Of a stretch of 64,000 bases of DNA, positions 25,395-38,149 are shown one piece after another. Location of the stretch: positions 62,001-126,000 of the forward strand of contig NW_025767308.1 in assembly GCF_003918875.1 (NCBI RefSeq), in the 5' to 3' direction. A program made the translations under genes and the position numbers. The notes under the pieces are model-generated. The model was not told the DNA's origin, ran no database searches, and was given only the letters and a program-made list of their open reading frames with translations. Every line of letters starts with the position of its first letter. Position 1 is the first letter of the stretch. This stretch comes from Haliotis rubra. Lineage: Eukaryota.

Positions 25395-28199
25395 TGACAG
25401 CAGTGTCCTGAAAAGGTAACATATCAATAAACATACCCATTCTCATATTCAGTTGTGGTCTGCGATATTTAAAAAAAAACGTCACCATGAAAGATATGAG
25501 ACATGTAGTGTGTCCAGTATTGAATTATGATAATATTCTATGTGTTGATACGGTCTCGTTGCCCAGTCACTAACGCACGTCTGCGCCCTCTGATTGTAGT
25601 TTATCGGCTTCCCACAACCATGTATGTACTCGTGGGTTTGAAGTGCTGCATACCTGACATTTACACCACTCCAACGTTTACTACCACTCTGAGTTTACTT
25701 GACCTGATTTATGTGGAATACTGTTTATAGCGACGTTAACCAAACACTCGAACTCAATACAGGTTGTACAGACCACTCTGGAGAATGTTTCAGTCTGGCG
25801 CCCATCTTAAAAATGATCTCTCTAATTGATATGCAATATGCCATATATCACTGAACTGACTACCGTTTACGAGTAACTGGTCATGATTAGACGATGAAAC
25901 TTTTTCGAAAAGGAATACCGACATATTTATCTTTGTGTAAACAACACTAATAGGTTCCTTTCGACAGATCCTCTAATTTCTCAATATTTTCACCTCATCA
26001 CTTCACGAGAATCTATGCACATGTTCTATGTACAGGCTACATTGTGATTTAACCAGACCTCCGAAAACCAAACATTTCAATGTGTGACCAGGTGAACCTG
26101 ATCACCAAGCTAAACTTCCCAAAACAATATACAGATGTGACAGAGCGGGTGTCCGCGCCTGTTACGTAGGGCCTTGTATACGGTATGTTACGTGTTATCA
26201 TAACTCGTAGTATATCGACCTATTTGTTGGAGTTTGTCCTGACTGATCTACCAATGGAGGTTTTGACTTATGTGGCAGATCACACGGTGTGGTTGTTAGC
26301 TTATCAGTTCAGTGCATGCTGAATATCGATGTCAGCAGATGACAGTTGGAAACTAGATATATATGTAAACAGGAATAGTTGTATAAAATAGTCCAGATAT
26401 TGTTGAAGACTAGGTAATTATCAGGAACGTTTTCTGTTTAAATCATGAGTCAGTAGATTGTCTCACCTTTGTATCTGGGCTAGTGGATGATAGTTTTCCT
26501 CTGTCTGTGTTGTCAGGTCAGACCATGTTATGTGACGTTTACTTCCTGGTTGGTAAACATACCCGAGTCACTTCAGTATGCCAGCCTGACAAAGGAACAG
26601 TTCACTGCGTGGCCCGCACGAAGCCTTATGTTGACAAGACGGACAGAACAATACATTTACGACTACTCCGATTTCACTCGTCAATCATTCGTCACCTACT
26701 ACAGCAGTTTGAGGGAATAGGTAGCACTACATGTATAGCATGATTCATTGTGACTTCACATTTGGGATCACTAGTAATTCACATTTGAAACATAGTACTT
26801 AGTGAATTAAGCATACTTGAATGCTTTCATATTCTGATTTCACATTTGAACCATAATCAGCTGTCCGAGTAAATAAATCACCTTGTAAAAATCACCTCTC
26901 TTTCTGATATTTGCCATGCTTCTGTATGTGTAAAATGCAATATATACGTTTAACGGATAACACTCTATCTGGCCTTGTTATAGAAGTTATTGTCTTCGAT
27001 GGTAATTTGAACTAACGATGATTATACGATATACACGCTAATCGAAACAAGTGTAAAAAAGCAGAACAACAAAGCTGCTACGCTTGTGTCCATCTTGATA
27101 GAGTGGACAAATTCAAGATACACAACAGATGACACGTTCAGAAACAAGACTATATTTTGTGTCCCTTTATGGGTATTGGTAGTTACAATTTCGCCTCAAC
27201 GCTTCAGATAATTTCAAATCACACGCTTGGCGATGGAATGTTATATGATACATTCTGCCCAATGCCACCTGGTTTACCCTGCATTCTTGTCTGTCTTTGT
27301 CTGGTGAGATGTGTACGGGGATATTACCCCTTCAGTCGTCGAACTCAGATTGTACGTCTCTCCTATAACATTGACTAAAGCTTCCTTCACATCGTTGTCG
27401 AATAATGTACTAATTGTCAGCCCGGTAGAGTTGTATGACTACATGCATGCCACTCGTTTTGAGTCATAACACATATTCATACATATGGCCGACTTACCCT
27501 CGAGAAGTAAATCCTACCAAATAGCCTCTGATAATGCGTTTAATATCACTGACAAACGTTTCGTCAAATTATCTTAAAGGTTTTAATCAGCATTATTAGA
27601 GAACAGTTTCCTGTACTTGTTCATAGTCTGCAAACGATTTCCAGTGCGTATCAGCTTTCAGGGTGAAAATGCAACCACCGTTTCTATTTGCCATGTACAT
27701 CAAAGACCTGGAAGAGTTTGTACGTGACAACCAGGTATACGGTATATAGACTGTCAATGTAGGGTCTACTACACTAAATCAGAATCGCTTGCTCGCCAGC
27801 GTCGTGTGTTAACTTCTGGCCAGATAGAGACATGTGACAGCTGTGATTGGATGAAATAGTGTAAGAGTTTTATGTTTTTAAAAGCACATCCTACCAGTAA
27901 TTAAATAAAAACTGTCCACCATTTTAAGTATTTAGGGCAGTCATCTTTAACACCATCACTTATGCTTAATGTGTGTATAGGTATTTTCAAGTTGGTGACA
28001 TTTGGTGCGGGACTGGGGTTGATGTGTTCAGCTCCATGTGCTTGGAAAATCGACATGATAAGCTAGCCAGAATGTGTGTTTTTATTGTAGTTTATAGGCC
28101 AGACTGTACCCATGTGTACATGGAATCGCTGTTTTAAAGACAAATTATAACGTTACTATAGAAGTCTATGTGAAACATTTGGTTTTGGGTAACATGTAC

Positions 28200-28970
28200 T
28201 GATTGCCAGACACTTGATACTATTTGTTAAACCCATGCTACTTCAGTACGCTAACGACACCGTCCTCTTGTCAGAAACTGCAGAACATCTACAAAACACT
28301 TCAGATGTGTTCGCACTTATAGTAACACATATACAATTCAGATATTTTAACACTTTCCAAGGGACATGTCCAGAAAGATCATAATTTTATTCGGGGCGGT
28401 GGGGTAGCTTAGTGGTTAAAGCGTCTGCTCTTCATGCCGAGACCCATGAAGCTTCGGGTTAGAATTCACCTTCAGTATCATGTTGTAAGAGGCGACTAGC
28501 GGGGTCGGGTGGTCATCGTATCCCAATTGCGTAGGTCGATGTTCATGCTGTTGATCATTGCATTGTCTGGTCCAGACTCGATTATTTACAGACCGCCGCA
28601 ATATAGCTGGAATATTGCTGAGTGCGGCGTGAAAACTAAACTCACTCACTTACTCTTTATGCCGGAGAGCCGTGTTCGATTCACCACACGAGTACAATAT
28701 GTGAAGCCCGTTTCTGGTGTCCCCCCGCCATGATATTGCTGGAATATTGCTACAAGCGGCGTAAAACTAAACGCACTCACTCAGTGTAATTTTATTCTGT
28801 TTGCGGAGGATATCGTAATTGTTACGGAATATGTTCATTTTGGAGTATTAATTAGTTTGAATGGGACACTGTGTAAAGCAATTAAGCAAATCGCAAATCA
28901 AGCTAATAGAGCAATGTTTCCTGTATTAAAATAATGATTCAAGTAGATGTATCTGTTGAATGCGAATTGT
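28200..28970 (+). mobile_element. Degenerate non-LTR RT fragment interrupted by nested SINEs
   Basis: LLQYANDTVLLSETAEHLQ (YADD-like) at ~28235-28295; EYVHFGVLIS..KQIANQANRAMF at ~28825-28920. Confidence 0.65.
28393..28786 (+). mobile_element. tRNA-derived SINE with a second SINE inserted (28440-28652)
   Basis: A box (tagcttagtgg) and B box (gttcgattc) are separated by the insert; outer TSD taattttattc at 28382-28392 / 28787-28797; inner TSD ctctt[c/t]atgccg at 28428-28439 / 28653-28664. Confidence 0.85.
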
Positions 28971-29017
28971 TCAAATTGATCAGCTTATACAGCAAACAAT
29001 GTTAGTTGAAACAGTAA

Positions 29018-29620
29018 GTGAGTGAGTTAATATTTAACGTCACACAGGCAATATCTCAGCCATATCGTGACGAAAACAATTCATACAATTAATAAATGAA
29101 AACATTTTGAAGCGTAAAATCTGTCGACGATGGACAGTAAAAACACTAGAGTATCACAGATATGAATATAAAACTAAAGAAGTCAATACAATATAAAACA
29201 CGGGTTATAGATCGCCAACAATTGAAAGTAGATCACCATACTAGGAACCATGGGGACTTACAATAAGTGTTTGATGGGCATTCTAGAAGTTGGTGACTCA
29301 AAAATGAAACATACAACTTTATGGATGACAACTTCTTATTTATTGCATAGAAAGACGTTTCGGTGTGGATCCTTACATCGTTATCAAGCTAAAACTGATA
29401 ACGATGTAAGGATCTACATCGAAACGTCGCTCTATGCAATAAATAAGAAGTTGTCATCCATAAAGTTGTATGTTTTTTGGGGGGGACTTACAATACTTTT
29501 GCTACCTGCATGGACCCTAGCTGGATTTACATCATCTCTTCAGCCGCTGGCGATGTAGGAGGATTTGGCCCAAATTTTAAAAAGACAAAAATAATACATT
29601 AAAAAGTATGGTTGAGCGTT
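29018..29620 (-). mobile_element. Dispersed repeat (other copies 48583-49040, degenerate ~62240-62700) carrying an insertion at 29266-29481
   Basis: Alignable by eye with 48583-49040; has a (GAGT)n end. Confidence 0.75.
29266..29481. mobile_element. Palindromic insertion, probably an inverted Penelope pLTR pair
   Basis: Palindrome ~29308-29477 containing gacgtttcg / cgaaacgtc; 14-bp TSD ggggacttacaata; empty site at ~48843. Confidence 0.7.
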
Positions 29621-31531
29621 AGTTGAAACAGAAACAGCATACGTCATAGGCTGAGTGAATCTCGATAGCCATAGAGACGATGGAAAGGTTTAATCAGTTT
29701 ATCCACGTTCCTACAGAAGCATGTAACGGTTCAGTTGCACGCTTTTAAGTTCGGTTAATTTCGCTGAACTGCATGTGACAGTGTTCCGTTTCTACATATC
29801 ATTGTGTTCGTATTGGTAAGAATCTATGTTATTGTTCATATGACGTCTAATGCTGATGTCCATGTATCAGGTCTGTCTCACACCATGGCGTAAACACCAT
29901 CGCGAAATGTAAACTCGAGTTCATAACTGTGAATCCGAAAGACACGATACGAGCTAAATAACCTTCACTCATTTATATACTGGTGCAACGAGGAAAACTA
30001 GGCATAATGCTGTAAATTTTTCCTATGTCCTCCAATGGGTTTGCCATCAGTGCCTATTAATAGAAACGAAAACAAAAAACACGCCATAGTGTGAGTGAAT
30101 CTTTATAGCCAGAGATATGACAGAACAGTTTGATCCGTTTATCTGGATACTTATCTATATGCAAACAAAAATGCAAAGCAGGTTACGGTAAAACCTGAAA
30201 ACACACATCCTGGCCCATACACTTGGCATGTATAGTCGTTGTGGCGGATCGTGTGTAATAACGATTAATACTGAACGAGTTCCAGGTTGATATTATTTTA
30301 TTGACGAGAATATTTCAATATACATGCGCTGACATAAAAGTGATATCTCACAAGGACGAGTGTAGTACTGTCTGTATGACTCAACTAGAGATTGCAAATT
30401 ATTGATGTCCAACACTATAGAGGAAGCTGCTGGTACAGGGGAGGTGCATGGATATATCATTAGACATTGATCATTCAACCATAGAATGAGATCTCAAGGT
30501 GCAAGTAGGCAATGAAGTGAAAATGTTCATCAATTGCAAGAAACGATAAGATGATGATGATTATACTAGTCACAGTCACAGCAGTATTAATACACACATA
30601 CATCATCAAGTTACAAGTTATAGGCATTCAACACAATTGTTTTATCTATTCTAATCTAATCTATTCAATCTACTCCCATTTACGAAGATCAAGATCGTAT
30701 ACGATGATGAATGCTGCAATGGTCCTTGGACAAATGTTTTGTTCACTGGTGATGCTCTGGAGCTTAATAACAGCTCGATACATAATCGTTTACGTTCTGT
30801 AATTCAAACGTCCCTAGATCATAGGTAGTTACAAAACTGACTAACAAACACATGACCGAGGAGATGACAACTGACGATTCCCGCTTGTATCTCTATGGTC
30901 ACGACTGTAAAATGGTTGCCCGGTAACTAAATACCTAGTAGGTCCTTTTTTTTGGTTAGTATCAAAAGCTTCGGGAGGGAAGCAACACTGCAGGGCTGTC
31001 CACATGCTCTGACTGAAGCTAATGACTGGACTGGCTACACCATGGCACCATGGTCTCCTGCTCGTGGCAAGTATCAACGATCCTCGCACAATGAGCTCTC
31101 ACATACTCACCCAGAACGCCATTCCTCTGGCCCACGCCTATCATTGCGCCTGCTGTAGGACTGGAGCTCTTGTTATTCCAGCTCTACTCATTCTTTCCCG
31201 AATCATGACTAATATTATAAATTGTAGATCAGATTTCTTGAGCTCCGCTCCTATTTATGATGCATCTATTTGCATAATCACCAAGTGAATTACTTTGTGC
31301 ATCTATCCAATGTTACATATTTGACAAAGATGACATACACCCATCTTGTTGGTCAAGATAGATGATTTGGTTTCTAACAGTAAATGTGTATGCATCATTA
31401 TGTACCAACACAAAGTACGGGTGAATAAACAGACAAATAACTAAGACGTGCTGTCTCAAAGCAAGCTAATGACGTGGTGGTTCTTTATCCACAGCAGAAA
31501 CTTATGTAATGGTATCTATCCTTGTGCTTCG

Positions 31532-32412
31532 TTAGGCATTTCCATGCTCAGGATCTGAAAAGTAGAGAACCAAGGGTAATGAAACGTACAAATATGATAT
31601 TAAGTGAACTTTTGACATGATACAAACGTATCATACTGGACCCAAAGAGAGGCATATATATGTTGTTGAAGGATTCAAGGAAACAGTTGATCGTTGAGGA
31701 TGTTTAAGATTTCAATCTCCAGTAGTGTCCCATGGTTTGTTTACCTTGAGAATGTGCCCCAGTGTTCTGGTATGTCGATGCCCTCAGAGATTCATAGGTC
31801 ACAGGGGGAGTTTTTGTCACGCCTTCATAGGTGCTTGTATCTGCTGCAGTATCCGCTGAAGATAGAATTCATTACATATTTAACAGCAAATACACATAAA
31901 AGCTTCCTTCGTTTCACTAGCACTATAGAGAGCTGACAGTAAATCCATGTATAAATTTGAGATTCCTCAATGCTGAGCATAAAACATCTACCTTTTGTAT
32001 TCTCATAAATCTTCAACTGTGTGTACTGTTGTTTTTCTGATTCCTCCCCCAAATTTGAATACTGCGCTGGAGCCGTGATCTGATCTGAAACACATTGTAT
32101 TGGCTTAGTGCAAACAGATCCAGAGATGGTTGTAATATCAACTAGAGTGAAACATCAAACAACCAGTACATACCTAGAGATGAGTATCCTTTGTTGTCCA
32201 TTTCCACAGGTTCAGGGTGGCTAGAACTACAAACAGCATCAGGTCAGTTTCGAATAATTGAAATAAAACAATCGAGCGATAAACCTTAGAATGAAATGTA
32301 ATACATGTATATTTTAGTTAACCTATTGTAAGTTACTACCTAGTCTCGTACTTTTACATGCAATATTTCATTGAACTATATTGACATATGGATTACCTTT
32401 TTCGTGCAGCTC
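31532..32412 (-). CDS. Gene D cytoplasmic exons
   Basis: GYSSL, YSNL-x8-YTQL, IYEN, STYEGV, VTYESL, DPEHGNA*. Confidence 0.8.
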
Positions 32413-32705
32413 CTGGAAAACACGAATAGTAAAAATGTCATGGAGTGTGAAAGACACAACAATCAAAAACGAAATGGAGAGAGAGAGACGGATAACTGTT
32501 TCTGTAAATTATTGTGGATCGAAGCTATAACCATGCATACATTAAATCACATTAACAGTGTAAATGTATTTACATCAATCAACATATGAAATTTTGAAAA
32601 AATAATAATTATCTTCGGCAGTGTCAAGGAACTTACATCTGGCATAACACCTACTGCCTTCCAAATAGTGTCCAATGATAAAACAACAGGAAATGAAGTA
32701 TGTAC

Positions 32706-32861
32706 CTTTTAGAATGTTTCCAACTCTGTACCCCTTTCTGTACAGCACCATTAGAACAATCCCTCCAATGAGCAGGGTAAGAAGAAAGGTTCCTACTGTC
32801 GCTCCTGCTGTTACCCCGGTACAATTACATGAAGCTCCAAGCCTTTGCTGGTCTGTTGGAT
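32706..32861 (-). CDS. Gene D transmembrane exon
   Basis: 156 nt; GVTAGATVGTFLLTLLIGGIVLMVLYRKG. Confidence 0.85.
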
Positions 32862-33888
32862 CTAAAATGTAATTTAAAAGATCATACAGACTGCTGCTGC
32901 AAAATCATTTGTCTGTGTGCCCAGGTAACACACAACGTTTTCTCAACGTTTTCGGAAGATTGGACATTTGTAACGTCATGATGTAACGTCATTTTATAAC
33001 GTTAATTCACACCGTTACAGCAACATTACATACATACGTTGACAAAACGTCTTGTATCGACTGTTACATCCCGTTATGATTCATCGTTTCTGAAACAGTT
33101 ATGCGACGTAAACTGTCTCTTTCCCGAAAATCGCAAGAACAAGAGCGTACATCGAATTATTCGTAATTTCTGCAGAAAACAAGACTGTAGTGCATTATTT
33201 ACCTATAAAACTTTGGGATTTCCATCCCATTAATATACTGAACGCACAGAAACGTAATTTCTTTCTGACAACCTTAATATGACGTCATGTGCAACGTTAT
33301 GGTATTTACACCGTTGTACATTTAAGATGAGGAACGATATGCATCGGGCTCCTCTTTACTTTATGATAACAACGTTTCTTACCACTTGGTGTCACGATAG
33401 AGTTTCTCGAAACCCGAAGGAACAAAGGTGTTCACTCGAAATTCACTTTGAGATTCGGTCTTCACTATTCAGCTATACAGTGCTACTCTTGCTACAGTAC
33501 AAACGGCGCAGGCTAAATTCCTAAGATGAGTACAGACTATAATACTCATTTTCAGTTTGCTGTCTGCAATATGCCAGTGACTTTGTCAATATTCGACCAA
33601 GCAATGCATTGACAAGATAAACAAGTCAAGCAAGTTCATCCAGTTCTCCAAGGGCTTCATTCCCAGCCTCATCACATCAAACCTCCACATAAATGTTTAC
33701 TGTAAATCCGAAGATTTGCGAAAAGATTCGTTTTAATATACGTTGATGGGCATACTAGTATTTACCCCTAATATCTGATAATGAAATTATGTTTACACTC
33801 AAATCGTTTCACGCTTTACATCAACTATACTACATAATTGTTTTTATTCAGCTATGTGGCCATTTAGGGTTCCCTTTGTTCTTCTTAC

Positions 33889-34183
33889 CACCAGCAGTCA
33901 CAGCTTCTGTCAATACATATCCATCAGAATCCCCGTAGTCATTTCTAGCTTGTAGTCGGAATATGTAAATCTCCTGGTGTAAGCCCGGTCACTTCAACAA
34001 CCATCATCTCGCCGGTGTCATCATAGGATTTATACACAGTCCACGTTCTTGTAGCAAACTGGAGATACTCAATGAGAAACGTCTGAGTGCGTCCACCATT
34101 AAACCCAGGCAGCCACGACAACCATACCGAGGACGTTGTTGCATTATCCAGATCTTGAAACTGTGTAGGTGTCTGTGGTGGTC
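33889..34183 (-). CDS. Gene D FN3 exon (2-nt deletion near 33971)
   Basis: 295 nt; WLPGFNGGRTQTF; frame shifts after GLTPG. Confidence 0.8.
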
Positions 34184-34363
34184 CTTGCAACAAAGTAAGA
34201 TAAAATAAGTAATGATTGCTATCATAAGTTGATGGGTTAAAAACCTCAAATGAAGGTTAAATGAAAACAAAACAGAAATAGAATGTCACCAGAGGAATAT
34301 GGTAAGCTTCACAGTAAATCTGAAATCATAACACACCAAGTTGTAATTCCAAAAGTAACACAC

Positions 34364-34660
34364 CTGCAGGCACAACACTGACTGTGTATGTCACTGAACT
34401 GCCCACACCATTGTCCACTGTCAGACTGTAGTCCCCGAAGTCTTGCTGTTGGAGGTTAGTAAGGTGTAGTCTGGCAGTGACTGAGATGTCTGAGACAGGG
34501 CTGGAGGAACCAGTGAGGTCCTGACTGGTGCTGATGGATCTACTCCAGGTGAATGTAGGAAGGGGGTAGGCCAGGACTGACACAGACACAGCCACGTCAC
34601 CACCCAGTCTAGAGGCGAACTTGAGTTGTTGGGACACTGAGTCATCAAGTCGAGGTGAAC
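34364..34660 (-). CDS. Gene D membrane-proximal Ig exon (lacks the B- and F-strand Cys)
   Basis: 297 nt; VSVLAYPLPTFTW...QDFGDYSLTVDN. Confidence 0.88.
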
Positions 34661-35108
34661 CTGGTTAAATGTAGAAAACAACATCCATAATGGCTCGGGG
34701 ACAGATACTAACCTGGTGACACAGGTTGAGAAAATGAACAAATTGACAGCTGACAATGTGACTGATTCAGTAGGTCAAGTAGCAATGTTAATTACGTACT
34801 AAGAAAACAAACAAGAACAGTGGACAGCTGGAAGTTATGCTTCTAAGATTTTCTGTTGAATTGTTTTTCATGAGCTTCTACTTTTCAGAAATAGCACATT
34901 ACATAGCAACTCCTTTATGAGAAGGATACCCGATGCATTTCATATTGCTCAATATAAATACGGAAGCATCTCCTTGTTGGATACAAACCAGATACAGACA
35001 AAGCAATTTAAACTATAAAACAACCATCACAGGACAACCATGCGAACGTATTTTCCAAACACAAACGTGTATCTGTACACATATTACATTTGTTGAAAAC
35101 CTACTCAC

Positions 35109-35383
35109 ATTTGACCACCTCCACGTCTGGGTGACAGGTGCCCCGATGTTGTTGGTGGCAGTACAGGAGTAGTTCCCTCTTTGTCTACAGTCTGCTGACT
35201 CCAGTCTGTATGTTGCTGACAGGGAGTTATCTGTCCTTGTCAGCTCCTCAGTGCCATTCAGGAGTGTGATTACTGACCTTGGATTACTGTCAATCTGACA
35301 TCTCAAGGTCACTGTATCAGACTCGTTAACTGTCACTGAGCCACTGTGAGAGTTGGCGGTAAACATGCTTATGTTAGCTGGGT
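35109..35383 (-). CDS. Gene D Ig exon (4 nt shorter than the gene C paralog)
   Basis: 275 nt versus 279; TLRCQIDSNP..GNYSC. Confidence 0.8.
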
Positions 35384-35564
35384 CTGAAAATAAGAACCAT
35401 TGCATCATTGATATGGTATTGGCTAAAATAAATGTCAACTGAACACTGAATTCAATGTGAAGTTATATGTTGAAAAGAAAACACATTAATTATCTAATCA
35501 GTGTACATGTATTATGGGTCATTGAAGCATCACTGTGCAACACGTCTATAATACACTGAATATC

Positions 35565-36335
35565 GACATTGACTTGTAACTGAACTGTCACCAGTGTAGA
35601 CTATATACTTACACTGAACATCAAACTGACTGTAACAACACTGTACTGTAACACTGTCACCAGTGTAGACTATATAGACTTACACTGAACATCACTGACT
35701 GTAACACTGTCACCAGCCAGACTATATACTTACACTGAACATCAACACTGACTGTACAGACTATATACTTACACTGAACATCAACACTGACTGTAACACT
35801 GTCACCAGATACTTACACTGAACATCAACACTGACTGTAACACTGTCACCAGTGTAGACTATATACTTACACTGAACATCAACACTGACTGTAACACTGT
35901 CACCAGTGTAGACTATATACTTACACTGAACATCAACACTGACTGTAACACTGTCACCAGTGTAGACTATATACTTACACTGAACATCAACACTGACTGT
36001 AACACTGTCACCAGTGTAGACTATATACTTACACTGAACATCAACACTGACTGTAACACTGTCACCAGTGTAGACTATATACTTACACTGAACATCAACA
36101 CTGACTGTAACACTGTCACCAGTGTAGACTATATACTTACACTGAACATCAACACTGACTGTAACACTGTCACCAGTGTAGACTATATACTTACACTGAA
36201 CATCAACACTGACTGTAACACTGTCACCAGTGTAGACTATATACTTACACTGAACATCAACACTGACTGTAACACTGTCACCAGTGTAGACTATATACTT
36301 ACACTGAACATCAACACTGACTGTAACACTGTCAC
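35565..36335 (-). repeat. 54-bp tandem repeat containing exon end and GTAAGT donor (10 regular plus ~4 degenerate copies)
   Basis: Donor boundaries every 54 nt from 36303 to 35817; further ones at 35773, 35734, 35684 and 35613. Confidence 0.95.
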
Positions 36336-36573
36336 TACTTCCGTGTGCATTATAAGGCTGACATCTGTAGGAGCCTGTCTTGGATCTGTCAGCTTGTCCC
36401 TGGAGCACGGCTCCACTGCTGAAAGCTGTTCCATTGTGTAACCACCTGTAGCTACATGCCGGTCTACAGAGGGCGGAGCACCTGATTGATGGAAGAGCCT
36501 GGTGTTCTGTCACAGTGTAGGAGGAGGAGGGAGGGCGGAGTCTGGAATTGGCGTGAGATCTGATAGGGGCCGT
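36303..36573 (-). CDS. Gene D Ig3 exon (frameshift in a C/T run near 36520-36540)
   Basis: YGP...IRCSALCRPACSYRW...GSYRC; 271 nt. Confidence 0.75.
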
Positions 36574-36930
36574 CTGGAATCAATGGTAATGTGGCACGCA
36601 TGATATGTGTTCGGTCGATAAAGTAGTTTAAGAGAAGATAAGACGTGATAATAAAGGTAACTGATGCTGCAGGGCTATCGACGACCCATTTACATGACCA
36701 GCTGACGATCATGATCGGTCGCACATGTCACACGTTTCATTGGGTGAGTACAAATTTTAGTATATTCCTAAACCACCGACAACAACGAAGATAAATACCA
36801 GTAACTCCTGTCAGCGTTTGACGCTTTCTTTCAAGGTTTTCATATATTGGGTCTTATGATTGTACAATTGCTGCCCATGTTAACTAATGATGGGTTTTAT
36901 ATGAATCAGTAATGCCCATGCTCTACTCAC

Positions 36931-37212
36931 ACTGAGGCTCCATGTGGTACACCTGGCTCCACTCGGACTCCAGACCCCGACTTTCTCTCGCTCTACATCT
37001 GTAGCTGTGACTGTCCAGGGAACTCACTGTGAAGGTGTAGGGGGAACCAGGAGAGGTAACTGTGATGTCAGTGTTGTCACGCTGCCAGGTGTAGGTCAAG
37101 GTCAGACCATGATCAGCTGGGACAGAGGTAGAGGTGGAGCTGCAGGTCAAGGTCATTTGCTGGTTGTAGACAGGTGTTGTTGACACTGGACGACCAGGTG
37201 TTGTTGGTTTAC
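36931..37212 (-). CDS. Gene D Ig2 exon
   Basis: 282 nt; closely similar to gene E exon 53869-54150. Confidence 0.9.
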
Positions 37213-38054
37213 CTGTGAAAATACATTTGCATTTCACACTGAAATATGTCCGATTGGACTTTAATCCAATTTGTTTTGATTTTCCAAAATATGTTTCTTG
37301 AGTTATTTCGAAACGTATATCTGTAACTTGTACATTTGCAGATGTTAAGCAACATTAAATTCGAGTCCCTGATGCCATGCATGAAACAATATGCAGTTTC
37401 CGGGAAATACACAAGGACAAAGTAGAATAATATTAGTTTCGTTGGTGGTATGTGTGGTTCATAAGTAAATGGAAGCGACGGAACCCGTTCTACATCCACA
37501 CAACATATTTGCTAATACCAGAGTCCATTGTACAATTATGACTATATCACGTGCATGTATTTATTTCATTCAGTAACGAATGTTTAGTTACAGGTTGTTT
37601 TCTGATTCTAACTGCATCACTTGACGATGCTAAATGGTCAGATTGGTTAGATAAAGCTTGAAATATAAAATTGGTGAATGAAAGAAAAGTAAATACACTG
37701 TACAAACATGTAGTATGAAAATTATGCGATGTAGTGCGATTACTAATGCTTGTCTGCAGCAGAAATACATGAGCGTAAATTTGCAGCAGATTACATTGCA
37801 GAAAGTACAAACAGTTACTTAAACTGTCAACTCCTTGAACAAGACCCACATTAGAAACATTAGCGTGACTACAAATTATTTTCTACTGAGGGTTCTAATC
37901 CACTCGTGGAACCTCTATGGGCTCGCCATATTGACAAAAACTTCATCAGCACACCTTTGTCAAGACCTTCCAAAGTTCAAGCAACCAGAGGAACGAAGCA
38001 GACAATGACACTAACAGGACATATGATTCCTCTTCAAACGGGACAAATAACAAA

Positions 38055-38056
<2 letters not shown>

Positions 38057-38115
<59 letters not shown>
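38057..38115. repeat. (CA)n(TA)n microsatellite
   Basis: Seen directly. Confidence 0.95.
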
Positions 38116-38149
38116 CTTAGGATATCTGGAGGAAAATTTCAAACATAAA

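Noticed and set aside
28393-28440. tRNA genes (also 59700-59777)
   Set aside because: The A and B boxes belong to SINE heads with retroposon tails; the 28-kb copy also has TSDs.
26483-31288. Short ORFs in the C-D intergenic region
   Set aside because: No recognisable domains or consistent exon structure.
35761-36513. 250-aa repeat ORF as a stand-alone gene
   Set aside because: It is an Ig exon reading through its donor into the 54-bp array.
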